Assembly: GCA_023213395.1 (NCBI GenBank)
Contig: CM041465.1
Span: 234,243,741-234,307,740 of the forward strand
Origin: Cycas panzhihuaensis
Lineage: Eukaryota > Plantae > Cycadophyta
Reading direction: 5' to 3'
DNA: 64,000 bases
Both the position numbers and the translations under genes were made by a program. Below, piece after piece: positions 50,001 through 63,589 of this stretch. Position 1 is the stretch's first letter; each line of letters begins with the position of its first letter. The notes under the pieces were generated by a model. The model ran no database searches and was not told where the DNA came from. It saw nothing but the letters and a program-made list of their open reading frames with translations.

Positions 50001-50424
50001 TTAAGTATGAGTGAGGAGCAATCAATCACTTTAAGGATATCTACCTAACTATACAACATATTTAATAAAATGCAAAGTCTAATGAATAAAGTGTTATCCT
50101 ATTAGACTAAATCATTGAAAATTTTAAAGTATTAGTCAGATGTTAGTTTTTAATTTTAGTCAAAGGTACTAATTTATGTTTGTGGATATAGAAAAAGTAC
50201 TAAGGTATGATTCAGTAGTCCAAACAATCTTATAGTACAAGGATTATGTAAGATCACATGGGTATATCAAGTGAGAGCAAGGAATAGAAATATGTGTTAT
50301 AATTTATACTCATTATAGAGTAAGCTTTGTATAATTAAATATGTTCTTATAGTAGTATGAGGTAATTTTCTTTGGAAAGAATTATTGGATTATAACTAAG
50401 AAAAGGATTTATTCATTAGGAGAA
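47004..50424 (+). mobile_element. Very old, internally deleted Copia remnant
   Basis: CTAATA-TGGTATCAAAG (decayed LTR end + PBS) at 47004; faint GAG-pre-integrase/integrase traces at 49050-49470 (NGACVMK), RNase H-proximal traces at 50020-50320; AGGAGAA-TGT at 50418-50427. Confidence 0.5.
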
Positions 50425-53357
50425 TGTGGAAGGATGAATAAAGTTAATTATTCCTTTTACTTTATATATGAGAGGGAGATCTTACTTGAAAGGAATGGTT
50501 TGCTCATTATTGGGAAAAGAATTCTCTTCTTTGGAAGTTTTAAAGGATGTGGAAGGAATATCAAAATTAGTTCAATTATTATTATTATCTTATATTTGTT
50601 ATTGCTAGTGTCCATTCCAATTGTTGTTATTACTATTGTGAATGGGTTGATCCAAACTAGATTTAGATTGAGCTTGAGTATGATCATGAATTTAGAACCT
50701 TATCTTATAAACATAAACATCAAAATGAGAGTTTATTTCATAGAAAGAGCACCATCATATAGTATAACCTTCAGGTAAAGGGATATATTTTTTAGAAAGG
50801 GCAATAGTTTTTTAAGAGTCTTGTTCTTAATTAGTTCCAAACTTGCAATCCAAAATATACAATACTTGTAGGAATTCAAAACTAACATGGATAGAGAATT
50901 TAAATAGATGGATAACATAGATACTTAATGAAAATTAATTTTAAAAAATGATATAAATCTCATTCCATAAAAATCTCTTATTCTCCTTTTTGTAGTGCAT
51001 AATATGTGCTTAATTACAAACCTAATTAGAATATTGATCCTAAAATAACTGACACATATGAAGTGAGAGTGTAACCCCTAATGACTCACCAACTTATATA
51101 ACATTAGAAAACTAACAACTGATATAATACAAAAAATAAAGAGGATGCTCATAACCAAAGGTTATGATCCATAATAAATATTAAATATTAATAGTTCTCC
51201 TTAATAGTGCACCTCAATTTGTTTGGTACGACCATGGAATACATGATTTTTTACTATCTTTAATGTACTTTGATTGTCATATTACAAAATAATTGGTTCT
51301 AATTATACTAGTCTAATGTCCTCTAAAATCTATCATAATTAAATTACTTTAATAGTGACTACAATTGCACCTTATGCTCTACTTCAATTGAGGATAAAGT
51401 AATATTTAATTACTTTTTATTGCTTCAAGTTATGGTAGTTAGACCTAAACTAAAATAGCATCTAGAAGTTAAATTTCTACTATCTTCACATTTGGCCTAA
51501 TTAAAATTTGTTAACTTGAAATTATCATTATGCTTAAATTCAAGCATATAATGAATTATTTTCTTCAAGTATTTGAGGATCCTCTTTATAACTTTCTAGT
51601 AGCTTTGTATTGATATTTCCATAAACTAAGATACCATTATAGTTATAAAAGAAAGGTTGGGTCTAGTAGTAATTAGACATATTAGACTTCCCACTAGTTA
51701 TTTGTACATCATTAAATCAAACTACTCCTCTATATTTCATTGTCAATTTGGAATCTATCTCTCAAATGTAGGTGTAATTTTACTATCAATTATTCTAAAT
51801 TTATTTAGAATTTTCCAAGTGTATTCTACTTGTGAGATGAAGATGCATTTTGGCCTTTGATATACTTCCACTCCAAAGAAGTAGCGTTAAATTCCTATAT
51901 TTATCATCTCAAAGAAATAATTAAGATCTTACTTCAAGTTTGATATCATATTAATATCATTACCTATGATTGGTATAATATCAATATATGATGCCACAAA
52001 TATAATTTTATCATATTCTACTTTGATATATAAGTTTGAGATAGGTGGAGATCTCTCAAATCTATTCTTCAAAAAGTATTGATTAATCTTTTTATGCTAG
52101 GCTCTAGGAGCCTATTTTACACTATCTAAGGCCTTTTTAAGTTAGCATACTAAGTTCTCATGATATTTTTCAAGAAATCTAGGTGGTTACTTCATGTAGA
52201 TTTCTTTATTTAGATCCCTATTTAAGGATATGCTTTTTAAATCCATCTAGGAAAGTTGCCAATTGAATTCTATAGCCATCACCAGAATGAGGTGAATTGT
52301 ATTTATATTTATAAGAGGAACAAATGATTCTTAGTATTTAATCCCTTCTTTTTTATTGAATCCTTTCATTATAATTCAATCTTTATATTTATCTAAAGAT
52401 CCATTAGATTTAAAAATGATCATTTAGATCCATTTTTAGTCAATTATATACTTATCAAAAAATAATTTGATGAATCCCATAGGTGGTTCTTCTTGATAGC
52501 TTAGATTTTAGAATCCATAACATCATTCCACTTTTGCTCTTTAATGGCTTCTTTAATTGTTGATGCTTTATCAACATCTAATACACATACTATAAGATCC
52601 ATATTTACCCATTTTAAAAGTTACAATTTTAACCTTTGTTTCCCCTAAGATTTAAGTAATAACTTTTCAACATCCTTCATAGTTGTAAAGTACTATTTTA
52701 GAATCTTTTTCTTAATAGATGAAGGTGAAGGTTAAGGTAGTATCTTTGTCTTAACTATAGCTTTGGCTTTGACTCTATCTTTGACTTTTTCTAGATTTAG
52801 ATTCTAGAAATTAAAAGGATTTTAACCTTACTACTTTATTAATATCAAATGACTCATATTCAGGTTGAATAATATCATGTGAAGAATTACATGTAGGTAG
52901 CTCCTCAACCTAGCCCTTAAAATTAATTGAAATAATACTTTAACTCCCATCTTCATTGGAGAATAAATCATAAGTTGAATGAAATTTTTAAATTGATAAC
53001 TTGTATACTCTTTATGCTCTTTTTTCATTAAAGTATCAAATAATTATGTTCTTTGTGCTTTTATCATCTAGCCTCTATCATTTCTCCTTAGAACTATGTA
53101 TGTACATTGTACACTTAAAGACTCTTAGAAGAAAAATAATTAGATTCTTATCTAACTTGGCCCCCTTAGGTGATATATTCCTAATAACCCTCAAAGTGAG
53201 TATGTTTATTAAACATACAAATGTGTTTATAGTTTTTGACCATAAATAATGTATCCTTGTCTCTCTTCATAGTTTTGGGTTTTTCCACCAAAGTTTTATT
53301 CATTCACTCATTATCTCCATTTTGTTGAGGTATGTAGGTAGTAATAAACAACCTCTT

Positions 53358-56300
53358 TAGGGCATGATTTTCCTATTATTCTTCCATACATGCTTCATTT
53401 ATGAGATTAAAGGGCATAATAATAGAAGATTAAAGCAACAAATCAAAGCACTTTTATTAACAAAATAGATAAATTATAGAATTCCGGTCACAAAAGAGTA
53501 CCAAAATATCATAAAAGAATATATCAAAGTATAATCTTACAAGGGTTTTTTGTATATAATAATCCTCCATTTTCATTTGATGGGCCTTAAATAGTTAAGA
53601 ATGGTCTCTTATATAAAGTACTATTGACAGGATAAATGACCTCCAATTCTCTTGGAAAACATAAGTGGCTTGTGTATAAAAGTTAATTGTTAGTACTAAC
53701 CACTAGGTTCCTTAGTCACATGTGCTAATAATATGCTTTCATTGATAATAAGTTGTTATGCAATAGGTCCCCTCCCTTAAGATGTTGAATCCTAAAAGTT
53801 AAGAAGATGTGGATGTTGCTTAAGAAATTTAGTTAATTCCCACATTACTTCCTTAGGATCACAACTAACCTACTACACTAAATACTTAGAGATAATCCCA
53901 TTCTAAAGGCAATATTACTAGTTAGCTAAGATATAGTCTAATAAAATAGTGAGGAGTTACCCTTCATTAAAGTTTAGGAGAATAGTTTTCGAAGTAGTGT
54001 CTTTACCAAGGTACTTTTTGAGACATGAAACATGAAAATCATTGTGAATATTAAAGTTAGGTGGAAGTTTAAGTGTGTAAACAACTTCACTAATTGATTA
54101 GATTACTTTGTATGGGCCATAATAGTAAGGGTTAAGCTTTTGGATTTTATGTTTCATAAGAGATTATTACTTATACTATTAGAAGTAGAGAAACACAAGG
54201 TCACTAATGGAGAAGGAGTAATTAAAATGGTGGCAATTAGTGAGTTATTTAATATGATTATAGGCAACAACTAGGATTTTTTTAAGGGTGTTCTAGATTT
54301 GGTCCATAACCTAGAATTTTATTGAATAAATATGGTTTAGAGATTAGTCACTAGTATGTGATAGGATAGTAAAGGTTAACGATAAAGAGCCATAAATAAA
54401 GATATTCCTATAGTTGAGTGATATGATGAGTTATACTAGTATTCTATAAGGGCTAACCAAGAAGTCCACTTAGCCTAGTGATTATAAGTAAGATAGTATA
54501 AGTAGGTCTCTAATGTTTTATTAGGGACTTCTATCTAACTTTCCACTTATAGGTGGTAGGCTAAATTTATATTAAATAAAGTTCTAGCTGCTTACAATAA
54601 TTCTTACCAAAATGAGTTAGTAAACTTAGGGTTTTAATTGTACACTATAATTGAGGAAAACCTATGAAGGTGGAATATAGATTAGATGTATATGTTAATA
54701 AGGCTAGGTGCTTTAAAAGAGGCACAAATTGGTGGAAAATGGGTATATTTAGTTAGTTGATGAATAACAACTAGGATAGAGCTAAACCTAATAAATAAGG
54801 ATAAGCTTATGACTAAATCCATTACAATATCTTATCATTTACCTTAAGGAATATGAAAAGACTAGAGGAGATCTGGTTGAGATTTAATATCTATATTACA
54901 TTAAAAAAAAAAGTAAGAATGACAAATTTCATATGGCCAATAAAAGACATCACAAATATGTTAATATGTTTTGTCAAAACTAAAATGGCTGCCTTTAGGA
55001 GTAGAGTGATACTCAGATAGGATGTAGGGGATGAAAAGAGATGTAGGATGGACAAAAGTATAGTTTTTACATAAAATATGATTATTAAGGATGGACTAAT
55101 CTTTGTTACATGATTATCATTACTAGCCATGAGAAGTATTAACATATGGAAAGACTCCATATGGTTAAGTATGGTGTTAGTTATGAGACTTTATGTATGG
55201 GCCACTAAGCCCTCTAATAAAATATAAGGCTGTAGGCCACTAATATGATTATTTAGAAGGGACCCTCTTTAGTATATTTAATGGTAATAAATTATAGAAG
55301 AAGGGAATCTTATCATTTTTACTCTTAAGAGAATAGTACTACAATACTCATTTTGTATTTTATTTGTGCTTGCTTATGCTCATTATATTCTTTCCATGTA
55401 ATTTCAATGATAAAGATAACAAAATCTACTATAATTCTCTTATTATTCTTGTTATTTCTAACTTGCAAGGAAATGTTTTGGAGGTCACACTCTAATCTTT
55501 GCAATTATGGACTTCTGTAAGCCATTAAGAATAATTTGTATTAGACTAATTTTTTGAGACTAAGTTTATTAACTAAGTTAGTTAGAGCTTGGTAATGGCA
55601 TAAATAATGGGTTCTAGTGGGGTGACAAGATTAGGTAGAAGGTAGGAGGGTATTAGTGATAATATTATCTTTTCCCTTCTTATAAGTTATAGTAAAATTA
55701 AACATTTGAAGGTGATTGATCCACTTGATATGCTTTTTAGATAATATAAGCTGATCTAGAAGATGATGAAGACTATGATGATTGGTTAGAATGGTAAATT
55801 TAGAACCCAAGAGATACTGATATTACTTATCCACTACATGAAAATTTTCTTTCATTTCTTTTTAATAAGTTAGAAACTGACACTAATGGTCTTTAAGATT
55901 ACTACTTTCAAATGTAATAGGATGAAAATATTGCATGAGGATAGCACCCAATCCAAATCTTAAGGTATCATATTTAAGTTTAAAAATTCAGAAAAATTAA
56001 GAGTGGCAAGGGCTGATGTAAAGTCATAATTACCTTAAGGTGATCATAGATATAATTTAAAATGAGAGATGACTAAAATAAGTCTTTTCAAAGTAAGTTA
56101 GTCAATGGGGTAGTAAGAGAAGCATAATTTCTAATAAAATGTTAGTAGAGTCTTATGACGCCAAGGGAAAATCATAGCTAAGTGACATTCTTAGGCATTA
56201 ACTAGTTGGTAATGATCAAAATTTTATTAGGATTAACCCAAACACCCTTTAAAAAAATGATGTAGCCTAGATACTATAATTTGGATTTACCAAATTAGTA

Positions 56301-59300
56301 TTTCAAGAGCTTAACATATAGTTGATGTTAGTTAAGAATTTGAACAGTAGTTTTTAGATGGTGAATATGGTGGGTCATACAAGAACTATAAATATGTATA
56401 TTATTAAATAAGATAATGACAATTTTTTGAAGGTAGGGGGCAATGATTTTATTCAATAAGTCTTGAAATATGGTTGGGTTATTACAAAGGCCAAATGGAA
56501 TGATTTAAAATTTGAAGTGGTTATGATACATCTAAAATATAATCTTATGTTGATCTTTAGGAGTAATAGGGATTCAGTAATAACCCAATTAAAGATATAG
56601 TTTAGAGGATATAGTAGTATTATGGATTTCATCTAACATGTCATCAATTCTTGAAGTTAAGAGCTTGTTCTTTATTATAATCTTATTAAGTTCATGGTAA
56701 TTAATATAGAGTCAAAAAGAGCCATCCTTTTTATAGACATGGATAATGGGTGCAGCATAAGGACTTTTTCTAAGCTAGATGACACTCATATCCATTAATT
56801 CATTAATGTCTTATTTTATTTTATTTTCCTAGGAGTAAGAGTTTCTATAAGGCCTATGACTAATAGGATAATAAGTGGACTTGAGTTCAATAGAGTAATA
56901 AAAGCCATGATCTAGAGGAGGTATGGTAGGAAGGGGGAAAATATAGATTGGTACTTGATTAGAAGGTTTTGAATATTTAGGTGGATGTTATGATGGACTT
57001 AAATGTTGTTGATGCAAACTATATAATCAAGACTACCATTCAAGTGTTTATGCATATAGTTTAGGGAGATGAGCTTATTAAGAGGAGAGTGGATACCATG
57101 AAGCTTGCATGTTTGGCCCATACTATCTTTAAATAATAATTGTTTGTACTATATGTACCAATAGTTTAAAGTCATTGCACCTTAAGGATAATGTCTAATC
57201 CTCTTATAATTAAAGCATATAAATTAGAGACTAGGTGGTAGGTGTTAATTTAAAAATACAAGTTTTTATTATTCCAACATAATAATAATTATGATAACCT
57301 AATAAGGAATTAGTGAATCTAGTTTTGAGAATGATATATAAATGGAGTTATCCCATCAAAGATATGTTGATGAAGTTTAATGATGCACCGCCATTAATCA
57401 AATTTGTAATGGGAGCTTTTTAGAGTTGGACTTTTACTCAAAATGGTTCTAAATAAGATGTGGATGAAATATATGATAAGAAAACTTTTGGTTAGAAGTT
57501 TGAGAAGGGTTCATGAGAAGGCTTATAATTGGGTTCATTCTATGTAGTTGAATCTTCTTCTAATATAATATCAATAGTGAAAACTATTTGTTTTGCTTTT
57601 CATACTCTCTTGTGACTATGTATCTATTTCTTCAAGCATTTGACACATAGGCCAACTTTCATATATCTATTTTCGTCTACTAATAATACATATACTAGGT
57701 TGATTAGAGATATCTATTATTGAATATTATGCCTCATCTGATTCAGTATATTGATATTATTAGTTTATAGGTTGGGGATACTAGTACTATATATGATCAT
57801 GCATAAAAGAAACTAAACATTCTATTATGAACTCAACCTCAACTATATTTTCTATAGTTGTTACTTCTCTGAGGCTGAGTAGTGTGGCCACCATTAAGCA
57901 CATTTAAATGTACTCCTTTGAGCCTAGATACATACATATTAGTAAGTGTTCATTGATTAAGTTATTAAGAATTTTGATTTTATAAAGCGTGAAATTGCTC
58001 AGTGTATGTCTCATCAATGCTATTTATTTTAGATGAATGAGTTAACTTAAGAATGACCAGTTCCATGTGTCTTTATACTATTCAAAGAATTTTTTATAGA
58101 ATAAGTCGCAAGCTTAATTTGTTGGATTCCTACACTACTACCAATGGAACTAATGGTATGATTTTTTATCTAGATGAATTCATGTAAAAGGTAATTACTC
58201 TCTAAGGGACATAAGATTTAGTGAATAGTAGGATTCCAACTTATTTATTCAATATATTATAGTGTCCCTATAGAGATTAAGATTAAATGTTGGTATTATA
58301 ATTTTTTGATAAAATAGTTATTGCCATGGTAGACATGTGGGGTTATGGGATGGAGGTGAGGCACTTATTGCATTTGAAGTGGATGACATGTTGGATATCA
58401 ATGTAGATAATTGAATAGATAACTTATCTATTTTCTAATCAAACATGTCTTATCTTTGATGGAATTAATTGAGCTTATGAATTTTCTAATTGAATATATC
58501 TTATCTCTAATGGAACTAATTAAACTCATTAATTAACTTAGTTATTTTCTAAGATATATCTATGAACTAAGTCTCTACTGCTTAGAGTTAATCTACTTAA
58601 GTGGAAGCCATTAACGTAAGATATATTATTGCAAAGAGAAGAAGAAGGATAGGGGAAGAAAAAGGGTATTCATAAAAAGGGAAATTAGATATATAAAATA
58701 AGGTTAAAGGTCTAGGGAGTGGTGTAGATGAGTGGGGAGGAAAAGAGGTGTCTATAACTTATTGACCCCTAAAAATTTATAAAAAATTCACTTAGAACAC
58801 TGAGACAAGTGAAAAAATCTTGTCAAAATAATATTGGTAGGTTTTAAGTGAAAAACTTAAGCTATGGAGCTCACCACATGTTTGGATATCACTTTTCCTT
58901 AAAATTTTAGGTTTAAACTACCCATGTAGAAAATAATCAATATGACATGCTTATTAAAATAAGATGTATAAAAATTAAGAGAAATTTTTGAATTGTGGAA
59001 TTTTTTAATTTATTTTTTAATGCCTAGACCTCTGGTATAAGTATTGAGTCCAAAAAATTGATTTATATAGAAGTAACCTTGTAAAGTGTAGAGGTGACCT
59101 TGTTGTGGAGGTAGAAACTTATAAGTAATTTTTAAATTTTTGTTTTTTTAATGATGGTGAAATTTTTTTGACTTTATAGTTGAAGATTTAGATAGGGAAG
59201 AGCCTACAAGAGGGTTTGAATAAGTTCACTATGGTTATTACTAATATTATGCTTTATAATATTTGGATATAATGAATTTATTTCTTCCTTATATTCTATA

Positions 59301-60434
59301 AATGTTTGTTATTATGTTCTTTAAGAAGTTCATGCTAATTCAAATAAGTGTTTACATAATAGACTTTTTAAGTAGACTTTTAGCATAGGGCTTATTTAGT
59401 CTATAGGTCCTTTAATAAACTCCTTAGTTATTACTAATGCTTAGCCCAATATCTCATCATACTAACTATAGAGGATCATCATATTCCTAGTTATGATAGT
59501 TATGTTGAGGTGTTTAGGAAGGGTATCTTCTTAGAAATGACTATTAATTAGTGCATTATAGCTTTGTAGGTAATTGATAGGTTTCCTATCCTAGGGAAGA
59601 GAACCTAAAAGGGTCCTCGTATATATTTGAAGGAACATAAAGGCTCACTTCTATATATAACTATTGTATAGGGCCTATGTAAGTAGGTAACTTACTTCAC
59701 TTCAATTATTGGTATATGCTTAAGTATACTTAGCCAAAAATGGCAATTGACTATGGATGTTTTAAGATCCCCATAATAGGGTCTATATTTAGACTTCTAT
59801 AAAAAATAGTAAAAGATTTGATGACTTTTTCTCAATCTCTATAAATATTAACAATAAAATGCAAAGAGAGTAAATTACATAAAATATAAATAAATGGAGA
59901 GGGGTTTTTCAGATTACACTACGAGAAAAAAAGATCCCCATTTTTTATCTCCCCATACTATTTCACTTCTTTATGGTTATGCCTTGTTGCTTTAGATGGA
60001 CCTATAAACAAGGCTCCAATACCACTTAGAATATGTCTATCTTGATATTCTTCCATACATGTTTCACTTACAAGGTCAAAGGGCATAATAATAGAAGATT
60101 AAAGTAATAAATTGAAGTATTTTTATTAATAAAGGAGATAGATTATAAAATTATAATCACAAAAGAAGCACTAAAATATCACCAAAAGATGTATTAAAGT
60201 ATAATCTTATAAGAGTTCTCCATATACACTAATTCTCCCTTTATATTTGATGGGCCTTAAATAGATACGAATGGCCTCTTATATAAAATACTATAGTGGG
60301 GTAAGTAGCCTCTAATTCTATTAGGAGACATAAGTGACCTACACATAAAAATGAATGGTTAGAATTAATCACTAGGTTCCTTAGTCACATGTACTAGTAA
60401 TTTGGTTCTACTGATAATAGATGCTTTTATAACA
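53358..60434 (-). mobile_element. Ty3/Gypsy chromovirus G, decayed, two LTRs
   Basis: 408-bp LTR pair 53358-53765 / 60027-60434 (~75-80% by eye); PBS TGGTATTGGAGCC (60012-60024); PPT AAGGGAGGGGACC (53766-53778); degenerate TSD CTCTT/TACTT. Confidence 0.9.
53785..58615 (-). pseudogene. Gypsy gag-pol pseudogene with C-terminal chromodomain (element G)
   Basis: Order gag-PR-RT-RH-INT-CHD: LINGGASLNFI, SPYAAPIIHVYKKDGS, PFGLCNNPTIFQDL, IVMDLVISL, YYGPYKVI, KYLV**VSCDPKEVMWE. Confidence 0.9.
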
Positions 60435-61844
60435 TACTTAATTTCATAATCCTTGAAAAACTGAGTGAATTTATTTGAAGTGTACTCTCTACCATTGTCC
60501 CTTTATAGAACCTTAATTTTATGTTTACTTTAATTTTCTACCAACTTCTTAAACTATTTAAAGTAGGTAAAGGCTTGGGATTTTTCCCTTAATAGAAAAA
60601 ACTAGACCTTTTGTGAAAAGTTATCAATGAAAGTGATCAAATATCTCTCTCCACCAAGTGAGATAATAGGTATTGGTTGATAGATATTTGAGTGAAACAA
60701 TCATAACTTTTCTATAGAACTCCATGTTATATTCTTCAAAATGGCTTCCTCTATAATTTTCAAAAAATATAAGGTTTATACAAATAACCTTTACTACTTA
60801 TCATAGGAAGACTATGTACTAATTTTAACTTCTCCATTAATTGGAGACTCATGTAGTTCAAAAGAGACATTTTTTTATGCCAAAATTTCTCTTATGGATA
60901 TACAATAAGGAATACTCTTTGTACTTTAAAGTTTCCTTGTAGTTTGTGTAAATTAATTTCTATAAGCCTTTTGGCTATAACCTTATTTTATTTACCTCTA
61001 ACTATGCATTGTTTTAAAGTAAATGTAACAGTCATAATTTATTATTTAATTTCACTAATTAAAATAAGATTTTCCTTTGGATTTGGTATATATAAATAGT
61101 ATCCAAATACTACATTCACCATTTAATATGATGAATGGTACCTTGACAACTCCAATGGCCTCTAAATTGATGTTGTTCCTAATGGTGACTTTCCAACTCC
61201 CACATCTAGTAGAACCATTCTTGTAGAATTTTTAAATGAAGATGAAGTTTTTTTTTTTAAATATAGGAGGAATTATTATTTAATTATATTTATTATGAAG
61301 TTGGATTTTAGGAGAGAGAATTAGAAGTTATTTTGAGAGAGAGAGAAATAAAGGCTATAAATAGGGAAGCCTTGCTTATTTATAATCAATCTTGGATAAT
61401 TTATTATCATTTTGGGATAATGGCCTCATTCCACTAGGGTACATCCATGCCAAATTAGAGGATTACTTTCACCTTAAAGAAGGTTACAATTGTTAAACAT
61501 TATATCAGGTTCTATTATTATTATTTTATTATTATTATTGCTCCATTACTACTCTTATCAATATATGTATCATTGGATGAATGATTTAAATGACTATTTA
61601 ATTAAATATTATGAAGATTATCTATTAGAGGTATCCATTAAATATTATGAATACTCTATTATCTATTACATATGAATTGGGACCATTATAACTTGTATCA
61701 AAGTAAACTTGTGTAGTGGGTAATGACTTAGGTCTATTTACTTATTGTGGTTGTGTGAGGTGTAACCCTAACTATTACCCATGGATTTGTGGTTCCATAT
61801 CTATTTCATTTATTGTGGTGAGTTTATACCTATTTATATGAGCC

Positions 61845-63055
61845 TATCATGAAATGTTTTTTACTACTACCATGAACGACTGATTTATGACTATCTTCAT
61901 AGTAAGTTGCCATGAATTTAGAAAGGTCATTATTTCTCTATTCATCTCATGTATGAGACTCCTACCATGGCTACTTTTGTGAGCCACATCATCAAAGCAT
62001 ACTTCCTCTACATGGTGAGTATGAACTTGCATTGACCTAAAGTGTAATATCACCTAATTATCTATATGATTGTGCTCATACTGATTGATCAACTTACCTC
62101 CATTATATAAAGTCTATCTATAGACCTATTCAAGTGTATATCAATAGGAAGCTCCTTCATGTGATGTCTACTATATCTCCTATGCTTACTTGATCCAAAG
62201 AATATAATAATACATGAAATAATCTAGAATTTCATTGAATAATCTAATCATTTTGATCATTTTTTTTGAATTGCTATTATAGGAGCCATATGTTGAGGTT
62301 GTAAAAATTTGACTTATCCTAAAATGTATTTTCTCTAAAGTTTTATATATTAAACTAAATTAGGCTTGGCGTTAGATTCTACCCTTTTATGGTCACATGG
62401 TGAGATTTTATATGACCATGGGCTTAAGTCAAAAGGGATGTTAAAAGGTTTTGTTTTTAGTTTTTTATTATATTTTCAAGAATAGGGTACCTAGACATTT
62501 TTGTCCATCATACAACCCTATCGTGAAGCATGCTTTATTACTACTATGAATGTATGATCCATGACTATCTTCATGGTGAGTTGCCATGAATATAGGATGG
62601 ATATTCCTCCTTTGTTTATCTCACGTATATGACTCCTCCTATGATTATTTCCATGAGCTACTATATCAAAGTGTGCTTCCTCTAGATGGTGAGTGAGATC
62701 CTACATTGATGTGAAGTCTTATATCTCTTAATTATCTCCATGATTATGCACATATTGATTGATCACCCTACCCCTATTATGTGAAGTCTATCTACAACCC
62801 TATTCCAAGTGTATGTTTGTAGGAAGCTCCTCCATGTGACATCCTATGTACAACTCATCTACTCTCTCATGTACTCATGTGAGCTAAAGACATAACATTA
62901 TATAAAATAATTGAAAATTTTATTAAATGATTCAATCATTTAAATCAATTTTTTTGAAGTGTTATCATCGAAGATGCATGTTGAGGTTGTAAAAAATTTA
63001 ACCTACCCTTAAATGTATTTTTTCTAAAGTTTTATATATCTTTTATGGTCATGGA
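61845..63055. repeat. Diverged ~675-bp tandem repeat, about 1.8 copies
   Basis: 61845-62518 versus 62519-63055 share ATGACTATCTTCAT.GT.AGTTGCCATGAA, TAGGAAGCTCCT.CATGTGA and TGTTGAGGTTGTAAAAA.TT...AAAGTTTTATATAT. Confidence 0.9.
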
Positions 63056-63589
63056 ATATGGATGAGTAAGGGGATAGGATGTGCAAAACATTGCCTCATA
63101 ATGGGCTTGAAGGACAAGGGACCCAAGCAAGGGAGGGCATAAGCATACACCCCCATGGGGTGCTCATGTGTCTTTTGTACATTAATATAGGGATGAGTAA
63201 CACCCGAATGACTAATTAGGGCTAAGGGTAGCATGGCATATGTGTGATGTGCTGGATGGAGATGAAAATAAAAAGAGAAAGAACTATGTTAACTACAAAT
63301 ATAAAATGAAAAGTTAATATAAGTAAGCAGATGAGGCAGACATGCATCAATTAATAAATAATATTGAATGAAATAAGACTAGTAAATGTTGAGATAATAT
63401 TAATCAACCTATGTTAACATACTTAAAAGGACTAAATAACACACAAATTTCCTTGTAATGTGAGAGGGTTGATCAAGCATAAATGCCCATAACTCCTACA
63501 AAGCTACATGCCTAACATACATAGTCTATAATCTTTATGGCTAACTAACATATCTTAACATCTTAAATCCTACTTGACTTAATGCAATA

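Larger units (their letters stand above)
51194..61230 (-). mobile_element. Ty1/Copia element F pol remnant (51194-53357 and 60435-61230), split by Gypsy G
   Basis: PPT TTAAGGAGAAC at 51194-51204; RNase H (FHGRTKQIEVHY), RT (MDLKSISLNRDL, YIDII, FGVEV), integrase (ITFIDNFS, DNGREYTS, YIPQQNG), KVTIRNNINLEAIGV post-protease region. Confidence 0.85.

Noticed and set aside
50434-50918. Hydrophobic ORFs as env-like or membrane proteins
   Set aside because: Ile/Leu richness follows from extreme AT content (also at 61490-61675 and 47882-48094); no motifs.
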